From contig OZ004608.1 in the NCBI GenBank assembly GCA_963924565.1, positions 38,812,001 through 38,876,000 on the forward strand: 64,000 bases of DNA, read 5' to 3'. This DNA is from Ascidiella aspersa (taxonomy: Eukaryota). Within the stretch, counting starts at the first letter, position 1. Each line of letters begins with the position of its first letter. Positions 62,201 through 64,000 of the stretch are shown here, in pieces. Below the pieces are notes generated by a model. The model saw only the letters and a list, made by a program, of their open reading frames with translations, was not told where the DNA came from and did not search any database. The translations under genes and the position numbers were made by a program.

Positions 62201-62676
62201 AATCTCTAGTATCGGACAAACCTACTTACCAACATTAATCTTCCTTTTTAGAAGCTCCCAACTGTTAAAAGTGTTATTTTATCTATTTATGTCTTTTTAG
62301 ACGATTTCGATCTTACTCTGTGGTTGTTCTTGCTGTGTATTTGGCTTATTATGTCGTTATGACATTGTAGATTTGTCTGCACTAGATATTTTTGATTTGA
62401 TTGTTCCTTACTAACCACATTCTTCCTCCTCAGGTCTTCAACCTGCACAGCTGCATCAAGGTCGCCGAGGACTTTGTGTCCCCGGAGCACGTCGACAAGT
62501 GTCATCGTCTCATGGAAGAGTTCCGACATCTTTCTAGCGCCCACTCCAACCACGAGGACAAGCTACAGCTCAAGAACATCATCTACCACGCCGTCAAGGA
62601 AGTCGTCTCCGCTCTCAGCTGGCACGAGGCCAGGGGTGCCACGGGGAAGTCCCCCGCTCACCCACCCCAAGGATGA
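740..62676 (+). CDS. KDM3: KDM3/JMJD1-family JmjC histone H3K9 demethylase (JMJD1C/KDM3B-like); 26 coding exons in window, 5'-partial, ~2,460 codons
   Basis: Hand-spliced GT-AG exons with consistent phases. Hallmark motifs: [149 protein letters not shown]. Confidence 0.96.
1467..1613 (+). CDS. KDM3: KDM3 exon 2 (phase 0->0): [18 protein letters not shown]...[15 protein letters not shown]
   Basis: caag| and |gtaagt; resembles JMJD1C 'VLEPQNVDP..QMTFLD...RRRSR' (from recall). Confidence 0.85.
2360..2441 (+). CDS. KDM3: KDM3 exon 3 (phase 0->1): [27 protein letters not shown]
   Basis: ttttcag| and |gttagg; the phase bridges exons 2 and 4. Confidence 0.8.
2625..3500 (+). CDS. KDM3: KDM3 exon 4 (phase 1->1), Ser/Pro/Thr-rich disordered region
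   Basis: ttccag| and |gtaagt inside the 298-aa ORF 2615..3511; the phase-1 end matches exon 5. Confidence 0.85.
3566..3680 (+). mobile_element. hAT-like (TAGGG-terminal) MITE remnant
   Basis: GATACT.GATGCCAAGTGG..GTATCGCTACTC..CCGATACTA.GGTG shared with 10205..10305 and 1623..1706. Confidence 0.7.
4600..4862 (+). promoter_or_regulatory. CpG-rich promoter-like island (CCAAT at 4622, TTTCCCGC E2F-like site, GAG|GTAATT donor at its end)
   Basis: Abrupt CpG-dense patch with motifs; function inferred. Confidence 0.45.
6903..7044. mobile_element. Family A foldback-like/MITE element (forward arm plus inverted arm)
   Basis: Unit ATAATGGCTGGAGGTTGTAGT..GAATATCAAA.CCCATACAGAAGTAGGT followed by its degenerate reverse complement. 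Confidence 0.75.
8443..8507. mobile_element. hAT-Charlie-type MITE end
   Basis: GGACCCC..GGGGTCCACGAACCCCAGTTTAAGAACCCCTG, a typical Charlie terminus. Confidence 0.65.
10039..10114 (+). repeat. Minisatellite, 4 x 19 nt (GCCTTGTCTYACTTTGTGT)
   Basis: Read directly. Confidence 0.92.
10205..10305 (+). mobile_element. hAT-like (TAGGG-terminal) MITE remnant
   Basis: Same family as 3566..3680; CCGATAC/GTATCG subterminal repeats. Confidence 0.7.
11625..11819. mobile_element. Family B palindromic MITE (left end truncated)
   Basis: AGCTTGATAATGAAT..AAGACGTTTCGATACG / CGTATCGAAACGTCTT..ATTCATTATCAAGCT inverted arms; related copies at 30009 and 55181. Confidence 0.85.
16056..16237 (+). mobile_element. 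Family A, two tandem units
   Basis: ATACAGAAGTAGGTAGCATTTTGTAAACGTTTCCA occurs twice about 103 nt apart. Confidence 0.85.
16884..16955 (+). repeat. Degenerate 8-nt-period repeat (TGCTNRNR)
   Basis: gctgctatgcttatatgctgctgtgcttatgtgctgatgtgcttgtatgc... Confidence 0.75.
16983..17300 (+). mobile_element. Family A, three tandem ~90-100-nt units plus a short inverted arm
   Basis: GGAGGTT.TA..T.GACGTA three times; inverted ATGGGCATTGATATTCTTA at 17281. Confidence 0.85.
23240..23410. promoter_or_regulatory. Candidate enhancer: two full CRE palindromes (23265, 23291) plus ETS-like CTTCCG sites
   Basis: Motifs read directly; function inferred. Confidence 0.5.
23551..23629 (+). mobile_element. Family A fragment
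   Basis: GCCTATACAGAAGTAGAAAGCATTTTGTGAACGTTTCG. Confidence 0.75.
28419..28497 (+). mobile_element. Family A unit
   Basis: AGCATAATGACTGGAGGTTGTAGTTAGGCGTAGAACGAATATCAAAGCCCATACAGGAGTAGGT. Confidence 0.85.
30009..30190. mobile_element. Family B palindromic MITE (right end truncated)
   Basis: GTGCACTATGCACTGATCTGTAATGTAGCTTG terminus; TCTTGATAAAGACGTTTC / GAAACGTCTTTATCAAGA inverted. Confidence 0.85.
30710..30930. promoter_or_regulatory. Candidate enhancer/promoter: CRE 30818, E-box 30865, AP-1 30888, TTACGTCA 30898
   Basis: Dense motif cluster in a CpG-rich patch; function inferred. Confidence 0.5.
32151..32236 (-). mobile_element. Family A unit, minus strand, degenerate
   Basis: TTCGAAACGTTCACAAAATGC...ACCTTCAACCA is the reverse complement of the unit. 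Confidence 0.7.
33231..33372. mobile_element. Family A unit plus inverted arm
   Basis: Forward unit, then TACCTACCTCGATATGGGCATTGATATTCTTAC (inverted). Confidence 0.8.
34442..34720 (+). mobile_element. hAT-Charlie-type MITE, same family as 59096..59372
   Basis: Shared CCCAATTTCCTTCAC.GAACTTT and ACTGCAGTCG.CGACCCAAC blocks; CACTGTTTCTC/GAGAAACGCT ends. Confidence 0.75.
37962..38072 (+). mobile_element. Family A unit
   Basis: ATAATGGTTGGAAGTTGTAGTTAGACGTAGAATGAATATCAAAGCC. Confidence 0.85.
39355..39560. promoter_or_regulatory. CpG island-like patch with CRE (39435) and C-run/GC boxes
   Basis: cgcccgccgcgcgc, TGACGTCA, ggcgcgcgcg; function inferred. Confidence 0.45.
43687..43799 (+). CDS. 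KDM3: KDM3 exon 5 (phase 1->0): [37 protein letters not shown]
   Basis: tttccag| and cag|gtaac; open frame leading into the polyQ exon. Confidence 0.8.
44173..44373 (+). CDS. KDM3: KDM3 exon 6 (phase 0->0), polyQ exon
   Basis: tttgcag| and |gtaagt; AL-Q28-AVAQ...LYSNP. Confidence 0.88.
44179..44262 (+). repeat. CAA/CAG trinucleotide repeat encoding Q28
   Basis: 84 nt of uninterrupted CAR codons. Confidence 0.97.
44772..44933 (+). CDS. KDM3: KDM3 exon 7 (phase 0->0): [24 protein letters not shown]...LNQQQQ
   Basis: aatag| and cag|gtgag; 54 open codons. Confidence 0.85.
45649..45821 (+). CDS. KDM3: KDM3 exon 8 (phase 0->2): [24 protein letters not shown]...KEHM
   Basis: cacag| and |gtaggc; phase matches exon 9. 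Confidence 0.85.
46169..46435. mobile_element. Family C palindromic MITE with ~100-nt inverted arms
   Basis: AATATTCTTAAGACTTTCCCTGTC..TTTCGCCACAA / TTGTGGCGAAA..GACAGGAAAGTCGATAAAGAATATT; an arm fragment also at 13523..13564. Confidence 0.85.
46458..46839 (+). CDS. KDM3: KDM3 exon 9 (phase 2->0), Pro-rich plus charged E/K/R helix
   Basis: ttcgcag| and |gtgagt; corresponds to ORF 46465..46875. Confidence 0.88.
47399..50162 (+). CDS. KDM3: KDM3 exon 10 (phase 0->1), 2,764-nt exon: disordered region, Q-rich tract, KLKKAWL motif, Lys-rich putative NLS
   Basis: Poly-T tract ccag| at 47398 and |gtaggt at 50163, within the 984-aa ORF. Confidence 0.92.
49064..49222 (+). repeat. Interrupted CAA/CAG repeat encoding a second Q-rich tract
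   Basis: Read directly in exon 10. Confidence 0.9.
50438..50666 (+). CDS. KDM3: KDM3 exon 11 (phase 1->2): [16 protein letters not shown]...CRECR...FCRFYGFRK
   Basis: ttgtag| and |gtaagt; conserved KDM3 Cys-rich block. Confidence 0.95.
51573..51826 (+). CDS. KDM3: KDM3 exon 12 (phase 2->1): [13 protein letters not shown]...[21 protein letters not shown]
   Basis: ttccag| and aag|gtaat; conserved KDM3 'IG..FC.LV..E..A'. Confidence 0.95.
52318..52470 (+). CDS. KDM3: KDM3 exon 13 (phase 1->1), C6-type zinc finger: [38 protein letters not shown]
   Basis: ttccag| and aag|gtaaat; diagnostic KDM3 zinc finger. Confidence 0.97.
52939..53047 (+). CDS. KDM3: KDM3 exon 14 (phase 1->2): [22 protein letters not shown]
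   Basis: ttgcag| and ag|gtaac; LMPTQIIP motif. Confidence 0.95.
53434..53585 (+). CDS. KDM3: KDM3 exon 15 (phase 2->1): [23 protein letters not shown]...
   Basis: ttttcag| and |gtaagt; conserved H..R.KW.I...C.C. Confidence 0.93.
54496..54718 (-). mobile_element. Family A, two tandem units on the minus strand
   Basis: ACTACAACCTCCA.CCATTAT occurs twice. Confidence 0.85.
54757..54835 (+). CDS. KDM3: KDM3 exon 16 (phase 1->2): [25 protein letters not shown]
   Basis: ttttcag| and |gtaagt; phase bridge between exons 15 and 17. Confidence 0.82.
55181..55258. mobile_element. Family B single arm
   Basis: TCTACTCGACCTTTTT..TTCATTATCCAGCTACATTACAGATCCGTGCATAGT matches 11754..11815. Confidence 0.8.
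55309..55422 (+). CDS. KDM3: KDM3 exon 17 (phase 2->2): ...[16 protein letters not shown]...
   Basis: Poly-T gcag| and ag|gtgggg; matches the KDM3 'SPL.WLA..A' motif. Confidence 0.88.
55895..55959 (+). CDS. KDM3: KDM3 exon 18 (phase 2->1): [21 protein letters not shown]
   Basis: Poly-T tag| and cag|gtgggt; required to restore the frame between exons 17 and 19. Confidence 0.78.
57089..57207 (+). CDS. KDM3: KDM3 exon 19 (phase 1->0): [21 protein letters not shown]...FQMHWFCGM
   Basis: gagcag| and |gtgagt; homologous to KDM3 'SWLC.G....D....F...W..G'. Confidence 0.88.
57513..57612 (+). mobile_element. Family A unit
   Basis: GGAGCATAATGGCTGAAGGTTGTAGTTAGACGTAATAAGAATATCAAAGC. Confidence 0.85.
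57675..57852 (+). CDS. KDM3: KDM3 exon 20 (phase 0->1): PVVSSG...LWTPDS...LINCR...DFWNGFE
   Basis: cacag| and |gtaagt; conserved pre-JmjC motifs. Confidence 0.95.
58335..58435 (+). CDS. KDM3: KDM3 exon 21 (phase 1->0): [33 protein letters not shown]
   Basis: tttag| and aag|gtagg; LKLKDWP motif. Confidence 0.96.
58893..59016 (+). CDS. KDM3: KDM3 exon 22 (phase 0->1), JmjC start: [41 protein letters not shown]
   Basis: tcacag| and |gtgagt. Confidence 0.97.
59096..59372 (+). mobile_element. hAT-Charlie-type MITE
   Basis: CAGTGTTTCTC...GAGAAACAC termini, CGACCC subterminal motifs; related copy at 34442..34720. Confidence 0.8.
59458..59591 (+). CDS. KDM3: KDM3 exon 23 (phase 1->0), JmjC Fe-binding H-x-D (59502..59510): [20 protein letters not shown]
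   Basis: gttag| and aag|gtaat. Confidence 0.97.
60090..60212 (+). CDS. KDM3: KDM3 exon 24 (phase 0->0): [41 protein letters not shown]
   Basis: gttag| and aag|gtagc; GALWHIF motif. Confidence 0.96.
61117..61299 (+). CDS. KDM3: KDM3 exon 25 (phase 0->0), distal Fe-binding His (61294..61296): DPIHDQ...[10 protein letters not shown]
   Basis: ctccag| and cag|gtaac. Confidence 0.97.
61400..61796. mobile_element. hAT-like MITE with internal inverted arms, ending in CCCTA
   Basis: TACCAAATGACGTCATTAC (within 61461..61493) inverted at 61703..61741; CGATA repeats. Confidence 0.7.
62434..62676 (+). CDS. KDM3: KDM3 terminal coding exon: [18 protein letters not shown]...[16 protein letters not shown]...stop
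   Basis: ctaac branch point, pyrimidine tract and cag|; TGA at 62674..62676. Confidence 0.96.
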   Translation, partial: VFNLHSCIKVAEDFVSPEHVDKCHRLMEEFRHLSSAHSNHEDKLQLKNIIYHAVKEVVSALSWHEARGATGKSPAHPPQG

Positions 62677-63703
62677 AACCAACCCCGAAGAGAAAATGTG
62701 AGTCAATCGAAAAAATTGGATTTCCTCAAAAATATCGGATTTCCACCAAGACTTCCTCCGAAGAGAAGAGAGCATTCAAAGGAACAAACGAGATCCTTCT
62801 GGAAGACCACCAGGATCGGCTCCCCAAGGAAGATGCTGTCATCCTTATCTTCTTCCAGTGACATTTCCTGAGGAATTATTTTTTCAGGAACGAAACATTG
62901 TCTCTTCAAATTAATTTCAAGTGAGCAAGAGACTCCAGCATGATCAGTCCTCCGAAGAGCGCAACGTCCGGACACAAAGGTCCTCCGGACACCAAAGAGC
63001 CGGTGCCTTCGTCTTACTTATCTCATTCCAGTTTGGGGAAAGTACCCACACCGACTGTGCTCTTTGAGAAAATTTCATTTTTACCTCGTTTTTTTCGTTG
63101 CTTTGTTTTGTTCCCGATTTTACTCGTGTGAGTGCGATTTCTATGTGCGCGCTGAACCGTGACCCCTGTAAATACCCCCACTAATCCCCCCTCCCCCTCT
63201 TTCTATCTCTGCTATTTCCTCGTCGCCACGATTTTACGAGTACAAACAAATTATTACAAGCTTTTACGCTGGGAGCGCGAACCTTGTGATAAGTGGATGG
63301 TTGATTACACAAGATTGAAAGTTGATAGATGACAAGATCTTGGACGCAGTAGAATCTGCAGTTGTTCCAGGCTTCAGCGAACGACTGTAAGGTACATCGA
63401 GGCAGCTGCACCCGGTTTGCGATACAATTTTAGTTATAGTTACAATTATTTCAATCAAAAAGCTAAACAGGGGCTTACACCGAAGTTACCATTTAGGCAG
63501 GCATAACAACAGATCGGTCATTTGAAATAATTAACGTCAAAATAAGTTAGTTTTTAACTCCCAAGTCAACCGCTGACATCCGGGTGCTTTCACAACGGCT
63601 TTCCGAAATCAATCCACCTGGTCAGGATTAGTGCAAGCAAGGTCCGTCTAAAAAACATTGTATATACGTTTCAGTTCTTGAAATCACAATGAACTGCTTA
63701 TCT

Positions 63704-63709
63704 AATAAA
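63704..63709 (+). terminator. Candidate polyadenylation signal (AATAAA) about 1 kb after the stop codon
   Basis: First AATAAA I saw after the stop; followed by a T/G-rich stretch (tttgttaatttgtttgttt). Confidence 0.5.
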
Positions 63710-64000
63710 AGAGCCTTTGTTAATTTGTTTGTTTAACTATCTGTATAGTCGTCTCATTCATAATGTCTGTTATGCGATGTGATGCCACAGGGGTGGCGAG
63801 CCAATGTAGGCTACATTACTCGGCGAGCGATCTATTTTGTAAACTGCATGAGCACGCGGCAATGCCTTGAAGCTCAGTTATTTTTTATCTGAACGTAAAT
63901 CCAAGAAAACTAAAAGCCAATGAAAAAACAACTGAAAGCATATTTCACTAATTTCATTTGCCTTTAAAGTAGGCCTATAATTGCGTTTTGATTCAAATTT

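Overview
Eukaryotic (animal) genomic DNA, AT-rich, with GT-AG introns; the taxon cannot be fixed from sequence alone (an invertebrate chordate such as an ascidian is a guess). The window lies almost entirely within one + strand gene encoding a KDM3/JMJD1-family JmjC H3K9me1/2 demethylase with JMJD1C/KDM3B-like architecture. I assembled 26 coding exons by hand (740..62676). All splice phases are mutually consistent, giving about 2,460 codons; the true 5' end lies upstream of the window. The protein has an N-terminal Tudor-like segment, long low-complexity/polyQ regions, a C-rich zinc finger and an intact H-x-D...H JmjC site. The striking feature is a 40,186-nt intron (3501..43686); all other introns are under 1.2 kb. 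By eye this intron is CpG-rich and built from dozens of short GC-rich, TF-motif-dense islands. It also holds unused consensus splice donors, and the exon after it carries an in-frame ATG in strong Kozak context. Together these suggest (inference) an internal promoter/enhancer array driving N-terminally truncated isoforms. Introns also carry several non-autonomous transposon families (foldback-like, palindromic MITEs, hAT-type MITEs). No CRISPR, rRNA, intact tRNA or transposase was found.
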